Notes: generated by a model from the letters alone, not told the origin. A stretch of DNA of 64,000 nt from Haliotis rubra (GCF_003918875.1 NW_025767302.1:1922001-1986000); one strand, 5' to 3'; shown: positions 21,955 to 33,867, numbered from the stretch's first letter. Program-made: numbers and translations.

Positions 21955-22866
21955 ATGTCAAGTCCCACTGGGTCTTTGCAGCAAAACGTGCCAAGGCACT
22001 CACACTACCAAACATACAACTCCCGAGTTGAATCATTTGTTTCCTGGCCTGGACGGTATGTCCCGAAAACACCCGAGCAACTGGCAACAGCCGGGTTCTT
22101 TTACATCGGGTCAGCTGACCGGGTCACGTGTTTCCAGTGCGGGATAACTCTGAGAGACTGGGGGGAAGAACATGACCCTGCGGCTGAGCATCAGAGATAC
22201 TCGGAACACTGTCCGTTCATCAAGCGGCTAGAGGAGCAGGAAGGCAGGATAGATGACCTGAATTTTGGACCTCCACTGTCTAACATTGACGAAACCAACG
22301 GAGTGAGTCAAAGACCTCCACTGTCTAACACTGACGAAACCAACGGAGTGAGTCAAGGACCTCCACTGTCTAACACTGACGAAACCAACAGAGGTAGTCA
22401 AAGACGAGCAGCGGGTGCACCGAAAACCAACAATATTATCTCCAACTTTAATTGTCTGGACATCAGAAAACAACTTAAGTTGATCGTAGGATTGTTTTTC
22501 TCAGATCCGTTGGTTGATAAACAAGACCAAACACCTCAAGACGTGTCAGCTTTAGAAGTGAAAATTTCGACTTTGAAACGATCGGGCGAAGACAGTGCTA
22601 CTTTCCTTAAGACCACTGACCAAAATGAGAAGGAAAACCCTGAAAGTATGTTTCCTTGCAATGCTAATGCACGGAACAGCGGCACAAGGGAACAATTAGG
22701 AATGTGCAGATTGTGCACAAAGAAGGATGTTTCCGTCATCTTCTTACCTTGTGGTCATTTCGTTACATGCAAGTCCTGCGCAAACAAAGTTGACACATGC
22801 ATGACGTGTAAAATGGACATTCTGGGACGGACAAACGCCGCTGTATGCAAGTCTCCAGTCATGTAG
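21955..22866 (+). CDS. Inhibitor of apoptosis (BIR-RING) paralogue 1
   Basis: BIR (R..SF..WP...LATAGFFYIGSADRVTCFQC...W...EH...CPF) and C3HC4 RING (CRLC..FLPCGH..C..C..C..C). The ATG at 21955 follows a ttcttcag acceptor. A possible in-frame intron ends at 22504. Confidence 0.9.
   Translation: MSSPTGSLQQNVPRHSHYQTYNSRVESFVSWPGRYVPKTPEQLATAGFFYIGSADRVTCFQCGITLRDWGEEHDPAAEHQRYSEHCPFIKRLEEQEGRIDDLNFGPPLSNIDETNGVSQRPPLSNTDETNGVSQGPPLSNTDETNRGSQRRAAGAPKTNNIISNFNCLDIRKQLKLIVGLFFSDPLVDKQDQTPQDVSALEVKISTLKRSGEDSATFLKTTDQNEKENPESMFPCNANARNSGTREQLGMCRLCTKKDVSVIFLPCGHFVTCKSCANKVDTCMTCKMDILGRTNAAVCKSPVM
22270..22404 (+). repeat. Coding 45-nt tandem repeat x3 (PPLSN(I/T)DETNGVSQ(R/G)) in the IAP1 linker
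   Basis: Three 15-aa units are visible in both DNA and translation. Confidence 0.9.
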
Positions 22867-22910
22867 ACGATGGACATGGCAGTTGCGCAGAGTTGTTTCA
22901 TGGACTCGAT

Positions 22911-23128
22911 TGAATGAATGTTATTTAACGCCGCTCTCAGCAATATTCCAGCTATATGGCGGACCAGACAATCCAGTGGATCTGCAGCAAGAGGATCGAT
23001 CTACGCAACTGGGATACGGTGACACGTGTCAACCAAGTCAGCCAGCATGACCACCAGATCCCGTCAGTCACCTCTTACGACAAGCATGGGCTGCTGAAGA
23101 CCAATAGTAACCCGGATTATCATGGACC
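22911..23128 (-). mobile_element. SINE with Meta/MESC-like core
   Basis: Core GCTTGTCGTAAGAGG(C/T)GACT and tail GCTGGAATATTGCTGAG..GGCGTTAAA. Five copies of this family are in the window. Confidence 0.75.
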
Positions 23129-25665
23129 CGGGAACATGAATTAATGGACATTCAACACATATAGTGAACAGTTTGTGTATGAAATCTTTAAATGGCATGT
23201 AATAGTCATACAAAGAGAAGGGAGGGATGTAATTTTCTCAGGATCTACATTCCGTTATCTTATTCCTTAGTAACATGGTGATACCTCAGTACACGCTGAA
23301 ACGCAGTAAAATCAAAAGTCTTTCACAAAGTTAATTTGGCTGCTTTAGATCGGTTGGGACCAAAGTTGTATTCAAATAGTATAGATATTTCATTTATCTT
23401 ATGTCTGACGTTTGATTATGATCAGTGTTGCATTGAGTATTTTATGTTTATTAGTTTTCGAGTTAGATTGCAATTCATCGGTCCGCCTTTGAGCCAAACG
23501 GACTATAACAAACAACCGTTTCCTTCAGTTGCAAGGTAATAACAATCTGTGAAATAACAATAATTGTAGCTCTTGAGATTATCTGTGCAAGTGGAGGAAA
23601 AGGACTAATTGATGGTCACTGCAAATCTGCAATGTTTATTTTAAAGTTATACAATGTTGGCATTAAAATTTACGAAACAGTATTAATGTCATATAGAAAT
23701 CTAGAAGGCTTACCGCTGTCTTTTGTATGTAGGTTGCTATAATAACATTATATCCATATTATACTACTCCTCTGTAGATTTGATAAACCGTCAGTGCAGG
23801 TCGTTTCTGAGCGCCAAGTGCTTCCACAAGGGTATTCAAACCGAAACGTGAGTCTCATTAACCAATTCAGACAATGACCTACTTTTCAGCCGATGCGAAG
23901 TTTCTCGTGTGAAAGTGAAAAGAGACACTACAAACAACTATGGTTACACTGAATTCCACTTCCTTGTTTCATAGGCAAATGGTATTTACAAATTGATTTT
24001 AATTTTAAATTTTTAAACAATCGTATTTCTATTTTTATATCGAGGTTTAGGCAGCATGTCGTTAACTAAGACTTCACATACTGCCCCTGTTTGAAGAGTC
24101 GTACAATGATTCACAATTCACCTGGCTCACTGGTTACACCTGTTATATGTCCTTTGCGCTTAGTAAGTGTATGTTTGTAACGCGTACAATGTGATTGATA
24201 TAATATCAAGTCCGTACAAGACCGCCAAACTTTTCTAACGGCCGAGCCTCGTTTTAAGATTTCCACGATTTCCAGATTTCCGTTTGTCAGAGCAGGCTGT
24301 ACGACACAGCACGCTGCACGACGTGTTTGCAAGGATTAGAAGGAGCGTAGTGTTGCAATATACAAGTGATTAGACGTATCAAATAATACTGATTATTATT
24401 TATATATCCAGCTGAATGAGTTGGTCTCAAAATTCTGGACTTGTTATTGTACTAAGTTGCGCAATAGGACGGAACCCAGTTAGCAGGAAACGAGACTGTT
24501 GAGTAGTCAATGTTTTGACTTGTATGCTGACAAACAATAGCACGTGATCTCTTTCTTTGTGTTCCTTTTTAATCGGTATTTCCGACACGCGGTTGAACTA
24601 ACTTAAACTTTTGATTTAGAAACTAAAACCAGACTGATTCAATAGCATGCACATCCTGCATATAGATAGGAGGTCAAGGTTCAGTCAAGGTCACCGGACC
24701 CGACCTTCAAGGAAGGGGTTGTCAGATCTTCACGCACTGAGGTAAAAGATTTGAGATTAATGAGACTGACACAAACCTCTTCATGATATAACATTAAAGA
24801 AACAACAGAATGGTTGTGATATCATGATAACTATACTTGAGCTTTTATAGATAGATCTTGACTAAACAGTAACTACAATTCCATTGATGCACGGAGTGTA
24901 TTGTTCTTGTTGCTAACACCCACACATGAGGGAATTTGAAAAGCAACCACTATTTTGACATTCTTCATCACAAGTAGAAACTATTACATGTGAAGGTGTG
25001 TTTGCCGTTCTGGCTAAAGAATTATCGACTGTATCGTCCTCGATAAAACGCAGTAATGTATATTTCTTTCAGGTGCTCATTAAACCGGCCTTTAATCGCA
25101 AATATACTCATGGAGACGAATAAGGGAAAACATGAAAGTACAAGTGTTCCTCTATTTATTTCCAGATTTGCACCCACAGTGCAATATAAAGCATGACAAG
25201 AAACCCGGAAAAGCGTATAGGAACACTTGCACTTCAGTGTGTTCCTGTATTCGTTTCCATGACCATGAGTATATATTATTGACGCTATATAAGCAGTAGG
25301 GAAGAAGTGAAGCAAAGTGTTTAGTTCAACAGACTATGTAATCAAAATACATTGCACAAAAAGCCAGGGTATTATGCATGGACCCATCAATTAGTCCTAA
25401 GGAGTGATGTCTTGTTTTGTGATATATTTGTAGATTTCTTTCATTGATTGTTGCTTCTGTGTTTATTGTCTTTGAATACTCTACGCTTTCCCAGAAGTTT
25501 TTCCTTCACGAAGGTTTTTTAACTGGGTTTTAGTGCGGGAGTATCTTTCCCATGCCGATCAAAAGAATAATTACATTCATGTTTGACGGTGTCTGAAATA
25601 AAACAATACATGTCAAATGTTTTCGCGGATGGTGCATCATATAAAGCTATAATGATTGTGTTAAG

Positions 25666-25918
25666 AGTGTGTGGATCAGTTTAGTTTTACGCCACACTCA
25701 GCAATATTCCAGCTACATGTATATGGCGGCGGTCTGTAAATAATCGAGTCTGGACCAGACAATCCAGTGATCAACAGCACGAGCATCGATCTACGCAGTT
25801 GGGATACGATGACATGTGTCAACCAAGTCAGCGAGCCTGACCACCCGATCCCGTTAGTCGCCTCTTACGACAAGCATGGGTTTCTGAAAACCAATTCTAA
25901 CCCAAATCTTCACGAGTC
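25666..25918 (-). mobile_element. SINE with Meta/MESC-like core
   Basis: Near-complete copy of the family at 22911, 41155 and 52727. Confidence 0.8.
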
Positions 25919-26121
25919 AATTGTGTCTAGAGCCTTGCTGAAGTGTTTTGGTCTTGTTAAGTATTGTTCATGTTTGTCATGTCTTGGTTTACAAGTGTAT
26001 ACTTTCTTTTTCCCGTCACATTAAGTTGATAAGTCATCAAATTTCTTTATACAAGCTCATTCAAGGTGTCTCACATAGCATCGATATATATCACATTACC
26101 TTGCATGAATTCCTATATCAC

Positions 26122-26265
26122 AGTGGGTGAGTATGGTTTTACGCCGCCTTTAGCAATATTTTAGCCATATCACGGCTATGGACACCAGAAAAGGGCTTCA
26201 CATATTGTATCCATGTGGAGATTCGAACCAGGAGCGTTAACCATTAGGCTACCTACCGCCGCTCC
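26122..26265 (-). mobile_element. tRNA-derived SINE (deleted copy)
   Basis: Same family as 17222-17386. Confidence 0.75.
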
Positions 26266-26676
26266 TACATCAGGTATACCCTTTAAGTAACATGGTCCAA
26301 TTCATTGGCTTTCTTCACTGCCATCGTTGTCCCGAACCAAGGATAACCCAAACGCATCTATCTGTCTGTCTGTCTGTCCCAGTTTGTCTGGTCCCTGTAT
26401 TTATTGGACTAAACGTCAGTCAGTTATGAAACCAAATATTGCGTTAGGCATTTAGGCAGTGGGTCGCTGGTCTAGCCATAATACCCTGAGGTATAATCTG
26501 AGACCGCTATAAAATAGCGCTAGGTCACTGAAGAGCACGTGGATAAACTGTCAACAGCTTAGCATATCAACAAGGACAGTCTCATAACATAAGCGAAGGT
26601 CAGCAATGGTATTCAAATGTCTTCAGCATAAACGAGGACTAAGAATACAACAACAAAAAATATTCTAACGACTTGT

Positions 26677-26942
26677 ATAAGCCCACATATACCACCTGTA
26701 CCTCTATAAGCCCACACATACCACCTGTACCTCTATAAGGCCATGCGTACCGCTTGTACCTCTATAAGCCCACCCGTACCGCCTGTACCTCTATAAGGCC
26801 ACGCGTACCGCCTGTACCTCTGTAAGCCCACGGGTACCACCTGTACCTCTATAAGCCAACGGGTACCACCTGCACCCCTTATACGCCCACACATACCACT
26901 TTTACTAACTATAAGCCCACACATACTACCTGTACCTCTACA
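26677..26942. repeat. 29-bp minisatellite
   Basis: About 9 copies of TATAAGCCCACACATACCACCTGTACCTC. Confidence 0.9.
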
Positions 26943-27034
26943 AGTCAGCGAGCCTGACCACCCGATCCCGTTAGTCGCCTCTTACGACAAGCATGTACTG
27001 AAGGCCAATATTCTAACCCGGGCCTTCACGGGTC
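26942..27034 (-). mobile_element. Partial Meta/MESC-like SINE
   Basis: CAAGTCAGCGAGCCTGACCACCCGATCCCGTTAGTCGCCTCTTACGACAAGCATG is identical to the 25.8-kb copy. Confidence 0.75.
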
Positions 27035-27584
27035 GTGGAAAGAGTCATGTTCAGTATTAGTTTAGCGGGCACACTGTAGTATAATACTAACCAGTCTATT
27101 TAAAAATATATGTAAATAACACAGGCGTTTATTCTGTCCGTCAACCACGACAAAGATGTTCACAGCCACAAGAAATCTCCACGTAAAGCAGAGTCTGTGG
27201 TCTGATTCCGAATATACCACGAGCATATGCTTATGAATAACAATAAAATAGTACAGTTAACAGGTGTCCAGGAAAAGTTAAGCGAATCCTACCCCAAAAC
27301 CATGCAGCTTCAATACACACGCAAAGGCAAGTCAATTGTTCACCTGACAAAACAACACGGAATCATATATTTCGAAACAAATGGGGAATCGCATGTGGCA
27401 TCAATTTGGTCACTGATGCATGAATGTGTCGAAATGTGTTTCACATGTCTTCTATGACACGTTTTAAATATTTACAGGGGGCTTTACTTGCCAATAATTC
27501 TAGATATTACTACTTTTATTATTGGAGCACCTTTATATGTGAATGTGTCCTTCATATACGACTCGGGCAAGACATTCACGGTCA

Positions 27585-27726
27585 CGAGTATGTGACTTTA
27601 GTTTTACGCAGCTTTTAGCAATATTCAAGCAATATCATGACAGGGGACACCAGAAATGGGCATTACACATTGTGCCCATGTTGGGGAATCGAACCCGAGT
27701 CTTCGGCGTCACGAACGAACGCCTTA
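27585..27726 (-). mobile_element. tRNA-derived SINE (partial)
   Basis: Same family as 17222-17386. Confidence 0.75.
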
Positions 27727-27946
27727 ATATAAATACAAATAAAGAATAACCCATCTTCATATGAGGTGGGGTGTCGCGCAAAATCGTAATAGAATGTTTT
27801 AGAAACGAAAGAACACGCGAACGTCGTTCCGCCAAGTAATTTCTCATTCGTCACCAATCGTCAAAAAAGACTCTGTATTCGGCCTGTCCCCGAATAACAC
27901 GAGTTAAATAACAATGAGTATTTTGTATGAGTGGGGGGAAATAATT

Positions 27947-28326
27947 CTATAAATAGATCAGCAACTCTGGGCATGCAGTTATCGCCCTTTCAGCTTCCGC
28001 ATGTTCCGCTCGTGGATCTATATTTAGATTGGAAATCCCTTCTAGGGCGTTCTACATATATGACTTGGTTACGATAGCAAACTCACACTCATTGCCTCGC
28101 CTAGCTGTTACAAACTGTGAATCACCGGAGTGACTTATACTCCTCTTCTGTTGTAAGGTTCATTCTGTGTAACATCTACAGCGATGCCTGGAGACATTCT
28201 AACAAACTACTCTTCTGGGAGATGGCTTGACACTTCTTTCAGGAATCCGGCACAGGTACAAAAAATCACTCTTCACCTCAGACCGTCTCTCGCTAACATC
28301 TCCGGATTATCACAAGACTGGTGAGT
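27947..28326 (+). promoter_or_regulatory. Candidate promoter and first exon of IAP paralogue 2
   Basis: MEF2 CTATAAATAG 27947-27956, MEF2 CTATATTTAG 28018-28027 adjacent to kB GGAAATCCC 28031-28039, and donor CTG|gtgagt at 28321. Confidence 0.5.
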
Positions 28327-29607
28327 ACAAATAACACTAATTAGGTGTGTACTCCTCTAAAGTGCATACAGAATAATAGTACGATTCGTAAGAGGCTAAA
28401 ACTTAGGCAATAACGTTGATCATGGTTGTTTCTTTGTCACTCCTCCCTACAGGCACTGTAGTCAAACAGACAACAGGGCTGATTTGTCTAACCATGCCTT
28501 GAAGCCACTCGGAGAAAGTTGAAATCAAAGGATTAATCCATGATCAGCGATGATTGCATAGAGATGTTGGGCTTGTGTGAATCTATTAATAGATATACCT
28601 ATGGTGTGTTCAGAATTACTCCCTGTTGGAATATTGTTGAATGTGCCATTTAACAACAAACAAAATATAATATATATAATTGAATGTTAAGGAGGTTACC
28701 AACCTACGATTAGATATCAAATTGTATCAAATATACCGACATATACTGGTAACCACCAGTGATGAGAAGTCTGTGACTCCTCTATTTGATGTTGAGTCAT
28801 TTGTACGTAGGCGAGACTTTGTCGCAACACTATTGATTGCAAACAAAAGGGAGGCAAGTGCTATTTGCCTGGCAAGTCAGCCATTGCGTGAGCATTATTC
28901 TGAATGGCAGCTGTAGCTTGTCAGCAGCTGAATCAGCATTTTCCACATAAAGTCATGTGTAATAATAGCGTCGTAGGTTACTTTATTTCTGGACAAGACA
29001 TAACCTCCACAGTTAGCTAAGACCGACAGTATTTTATAACAAATCACAATGTGAAATAGTTTCAAACAGCAGAACGGTCGGCCGGGTGAGTACAGGTGTC
29101 TGGTTCCGTGTCCAGATCCACAACGTCTGTGATAATCCACAGGGATATTCAGCCTCACATGTCTCATCCACACAAAGTATAAAGACTGAGGTGTTAGTGA
29201 AATACATCCACTTGCTCTCGTAAACTATACTGTAACGACTATACTGTGCTGGGTTACCTCTCTTAGCCGTGCAAGGATCAGCAGACCTGTGGTACAAATA
29301 TTTCTAAATAGTACAGAATACCCTGGCGTCAAACAGTTGTAAACGGCTGAAACACTGTGTGTGTACAGTGTATATTAGCAAAGAATGACCACACCACTTT
29401 CAAAATATGTACACATAACGACTGCAAAAACAGTTTTCTCCATTGACGTATTTTGTGAAGAGCCATTGTCTTCGCTCGTGTCAGTGCAGATTAATTTTTC
29501 ATTCTTTTGCTTCTTCATGAATTTTCACAACCGTCTTTGAGATGATTCTTGAAGGGATCTTGTCGTACAAAGCCTATTTATTTGTTTCAGGTTATCAAAC
29601 ATCGAGC

Positions 29608-30537
29608 ATGGACAAGAACGTGACCATGTCATCGTTTAACCCCTTACAGGCCAAGTCGAATAACCATACAGAAAGCAGGATAGAAGTTTGCACAGTTGCT
29701 CCAAAACATCCAAAGTACCAAACATACATCTCACGACTCGACTCATATGTGGCCTGGCCTATACGGTATGTCCCGAAAACACCCGAGGAGCTTGCATCAG
29801 CCGGGTTCTTTTACATCGGGTCAGCTGACCGGGTGACGTGTTTTCATTGTGGAATAACCTTGAGAGACTGGGAAGCAGAACACAACCCTGTTGCAGAACA
29901 CAAAAGGTATGCCCCGAAGTGCGAATTCACATCATCACATACACGTGTTGAGGTTCTTGGAGGTGATAAGGAACAGGAGGAGAGTGAAGATTCATCTATG
30001 GTAATTGATGAGAATGCCGACTCAAACATTGACCTTCATTTTACGCAAGCATCTAATGACCTTCACCTTGGTGGTGGTGCTTGTGCGGCTTCTGTGGACC
30101 CTAACACTTCTGTTGTGGAAGAAAACCCATCTATAGTCATGGAGGGATGTGATAAATCCGTGGACACTTCAGCCTTATGTGAAAATCTACAGACTCTATC
30201 AATCAAAGTGTGTGACAGAGAGATGGAAAATATACCATCTGAATCTAACATGGATATGGAGATAACATCAGACATCACAGGTTCTCATGGAAGTCAGAAA
30301 GAGGAATCTAAAATCTGTCAGCCCAAACCCGTGAGCAGGAAACTGATGCTCTTGAGGGCCGAGAACAGACGTCTCAAAGAACAAAGCACGTGCAGAATGT
30401 GCAAAAACAACCCCGTGTGCATCCTCTTCTTGCCCTGCGGTCATCTCGTCACGTGTTCTGATTGCGCAGACAAGGTCGACGCGTGTGTGACGTGTGGGAA
30501 GACAATCCTTGGAACAGTAAAAACCTTCATTATTTGA
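29608..30537 (+). CDS. Inhibitor of apoptosis (BIR-RING) paralogue 2
   Basis: BIR (RLDSYVAWP..ASAGFFYIGSADRVTCFHC..EH..CEF), an ENRRLKEQ helix, and a RING ending GTVKTFII. The ATG follows the tttgtttcag acceptor at 29590. 309 aa. Confidence 0.92.
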   Translation: MDKNVTMSSFNPLQAKSNNHTESRIEVCTVAPKHPKYQTYISRLDSYVAWPIRYVPKTPEELASAGFFYIGSADRVTCFHCGITLRDWEAEHNPVAEHKRYAPKCEFTSSHTRVEVLGGDKEQEESEDSSMVIDENADSNIDLHFTQASNDLHLGGGACAASVDPNTSVVEENPSIVMEGCDKSVDTSALCENLQTLSIKVCDREMENIPSESNMDMEITSDITGSHGSQKEESKICQPKPVSRKLMLLRAENRRLKEQSTCRMCKNNPVCILFLPCGHLVTCSDCADKVDACVTCGKTILGTVKTFII

Positions 30538-31069
30538 TCAATGAATCGCTGTGTACTCTAACCGGGTATATATGTTTTCATTGACAACTAAGGAAGATCA
30601 AAAACTCAGTACAACTATACCTTCTGTGATATTACGAACGTCCGTCCATCTGTATGTTGAGGACAACATCCAACAATGGTGAACAATTTGTCCTAGTCAT
30701 CCAACTGTGATAATACACCACGCACCGTGTTCCTTCAAATGGCTTCCACATCGACACAGCAACGTTATTAAGAGTGAAACGACTTCTGTATTGGAAAATG
30801 AAATATTCAGCTCCAGAATCTTGACACGATTCTTGACTATATCAAGAACTATTGAGTGACAGAATAACCAAGCACATATCATATATCGTATCGTTTCTAT
30901 CTTTGTATCCAAAAGACTCTGTATCCTTGTGGTTGAATAAGAAATATATTAAATTATTTTTCATAAAATTATTTTGTTTCTTATGTTTCCCCACAAATAG
31001 TTTGTGACCGACCATTTGAAGTCCTCTGCGGGATAGAAGTGTTATGGCACAGGTCCAGACAACAAGTGA

Positions 31070-31600
31070 GAATACAGGTATTGATAACGGGTATAAACAC
31101 AGGCACAGATAACAGGTATAAATACAGGCACAGATAACAGGTATAAATACAGGTAAACGTAACAAGTATAAATACCTGTACGGATAACAAGTACATATAC
31201 AGGTACAGATATAAACAGGTATAAACACAGGCACAGATAACAGGTATAAATACCGGTACAGATAACGAGTATAAATACAGGTACGGATAACAAGTACATA
31301 TACATGTACAGATAACAGATATAAACACAGGTACAGAAAACAGGTATAACTACCTATACATATACGCATAAATACAGGTGCAGACATTAGGTATGAATAC
31401 GGGTGCAGATAACAGGTATACATACAGGTAAAGATAACAGGTATATATATACAGATAACAGGTGAGAAACAGGTACATATATAAGGTATAAATAAAGGTA
31501 CAGTTTTTAAACACAGGTAGAGATAATAGGCATCAATACAGATACATATAACGTATAAATACAGGTACCGACAACAGATATAAATAACCACAGGTGCAGA
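31070..31600. repeat. Degenerate ~25-bp minisatellite
   Basis: Variants of AGGTATAAATACAGGCACAGATAAC. Confidence 0.85.
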
Positions 31601-32032
31601 CATCTATCTCATTTTCTTTCAAATGAAGACATATGATCATTTCATAACCATATATCAATTACAGGTTACTATAACTTCTGGAGATACGCAGACCCATTGG
31701 TTTCGCCCGCATTCCAGGGCAAAAGTTATGTTTCTGTGTTGCGAAACAGTGTAGCATTCTGGTCTCTGTATAAGAATAAGCATGACGATTCCGCGCAGGT
31801 ACACAGACGAACACCTACAAGAGTCGAGATATCGTGTTGTTAATATATGTGTAGGCATCACACGACACAAATATCGAGTTTCAGATTCCATATCAAATAT
31901 TACACAGTATTATAGTCACAAAAGGTCATACCTCAAAGTAGCCACAAACACACTAGTCAAAATGGCCACTACCAAGAATCAAAATACATCACAAACAAAT
32001 CGAAATGACCACAGTTAGGATGACCACACGAA

Positions 32033-32358
32033 AGGTGAGGTGAGGTGAGGTGAAATTGGGTTTTGCGTCGTGCTTGAGAATATTTCGCTCATATGACGAC
32101 GTGCATGCGTGTGTATGTGTATGTGTGGCTGCTTGTACTAGCCCAGACTTAAGCTGGTTTTATAGTGCTAGCCCACTGAGATACCATGCCGCAGTAAAGC
32201 ATGAATACCCCAGTCAGACACATTATTCTGACTCCGAGCCGAACAGTCCTTGTTGTACCCATTAATGCCGAGCGCCAGACAGGTACCAACAAGTACCATA
32301 TTTTAACGTCTTTTGGTATGACGCGGTCGGGGATCGAACCCGCGACCTTCCGCTCTCC
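32033..32358 (-). mobile_element. tRNA-derived SINE with V-domain-like core (RUDI-like), head truncated
   Basis: B-box GGTTCGATCCC, core GCTCGGAGTCAGAATAATGTGTC and (TCACC)n tail. A second copy is at 52126-52469. Confidence 0.75.
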
Positions 32359-32787
32359 CACGAAAGGTAAACATGGGTACGCTCTTTACATATCCTCGTG
32401 TTGTGGGTTTTCGAATACTTAAATACATGTCTCGATTATAACATGAACAATTGTAAAACACGTCATTAACTGAAGAGAACTTTATCCTAAACACAAGTCA
32501 TTATTAAGAATTTCCAATCTTTGTGTGACGCAACACCCCAGGTTGCCCAGAGCCCAAATCAGCACCTCCGTCCGAAATTCTTGTCCAAAACCATACAAGG
32601 AAACCTTGAGCTTTGTTCATTTCATAACAAATGTCCTAACATCTCTTTAACATCTCTTATGAGCAGGCACTATGGTCCCTGATCACACAAACAATAGCCA
32701 TCAAAATTTGCACGGACAACAATGCATCTGGGCGCCAGGAAGGATGTCCTGGTGGGAAATGGTAGCTGATATGACGTACAGTTGCTG

Positions 32788-33261
32788 GCCATAAGTGAGT
32801 CATCATTAGTGAAATTCCCACAGAGTTGCATGTTGATTAACTCTTGCAAGAATAATTTTCATAAATTTAGTTTCGTTGGAATTGCTTTCAATACTTATCT
32901 ACCAGCTGGGAAATCATGTCAGCTGCATACATATAATTTCCATGAAATTTTCCGATGATTATTAAGAAAATTGCAACTATTTAAACAACATATATTAGAC
33001 ATACCAATCAGGTTTAACATGGCTGTGTATGGGATAGATTAAAAGTCATACCTATATATGGTGCTTAATCAAGTGTCATTCGATAACTAATCAACGGAAT
33101 AACGAAAGAAAATTGTGTACACGTAGCTAAAGATGATTTCCAAGACTTTTTCAAAATATCAAATTAAATGAATTCTACTCAATTTATGAAAATTATTCTT
33201 GCAACAGTTAATTAAGATGTAAGTCTATGGAAATTTCACTAATGATGACTCACTTATGGCC
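32788..33261. mobile_element. MITE with long (~80 bp) terminal inverted repeats
   Basis: GGCCATAAGTGAGTCATCATTAGTGAAATT... at the left end and ...AATTTCACTAATGATGACTCACTTATGGCC at the right end. Confidence 0.85.
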
Positions 33262-33825
33262 AACTACTATAGGTCACGGCTTGCCCGTGACACGCACACA
33301 TGCATTGGCGGATCCGGATGTGGGTGTGTGTGTTTTTTCCAGGGGGTTCGAACCCCCCCTTTTGAAAATGACTTAAGACCACATTGAAGCGGAGCCAGGT
33401 GTGTGTGTGTGGTGGGGGGGGGTGTGGGTGTTGTGTTGTGTTTGTTGTTGTTTCGAAACCACCACACAGACACACACAAGACACACACCACACACACCAG
33501 GATCCGTCCATGGCATGTATATAAATGACCACGTTTTCATAAAAGAGCTTTCGGCTAGTTCTTCATACCAGTTTATGTGTACGATCTGTTTCACTGTTCA
33601 CAACGAATTCCCCTGCAGATAATGTTGAACTGTCATCATAGTCGTTATCAAAGGCCAATCATTACATGTACAGTTCCAAAGTATGTAATAAAAATGAATA
33701 GACGCACAGCTTCCTCTCAAGTTGAAACGTTATTAAAAACCTTTGATTCAATGAACTAAATAAGGTTACAAAGGTGGGTTACAAAGGTGGCTTCCTTATC
33801 ATTAACCACGCTTCCGTCGAGCAAT

Positions 33826-33867
33826 GGAAAACCCCAACACGACACTAAATATAGATGGGGAAAACCC
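33826..33867 (+). promoter_or_regulatory. kB-MEF2-kB cluster upstream of IAP paralogue 3
   Basis: GGAAAACCCC 33826-33835, CTAAATATAG 33845-33854 and GGGAAAACCC 33858-33867, about 130 nt before the ATG. Confidence 0.55.

Noticed and set aside
30842-31603. 253-aa Cys/Tyr-rich ORF and overlapping ORFs
   Set aside because: These are translations of a 25-bp minisatellite.
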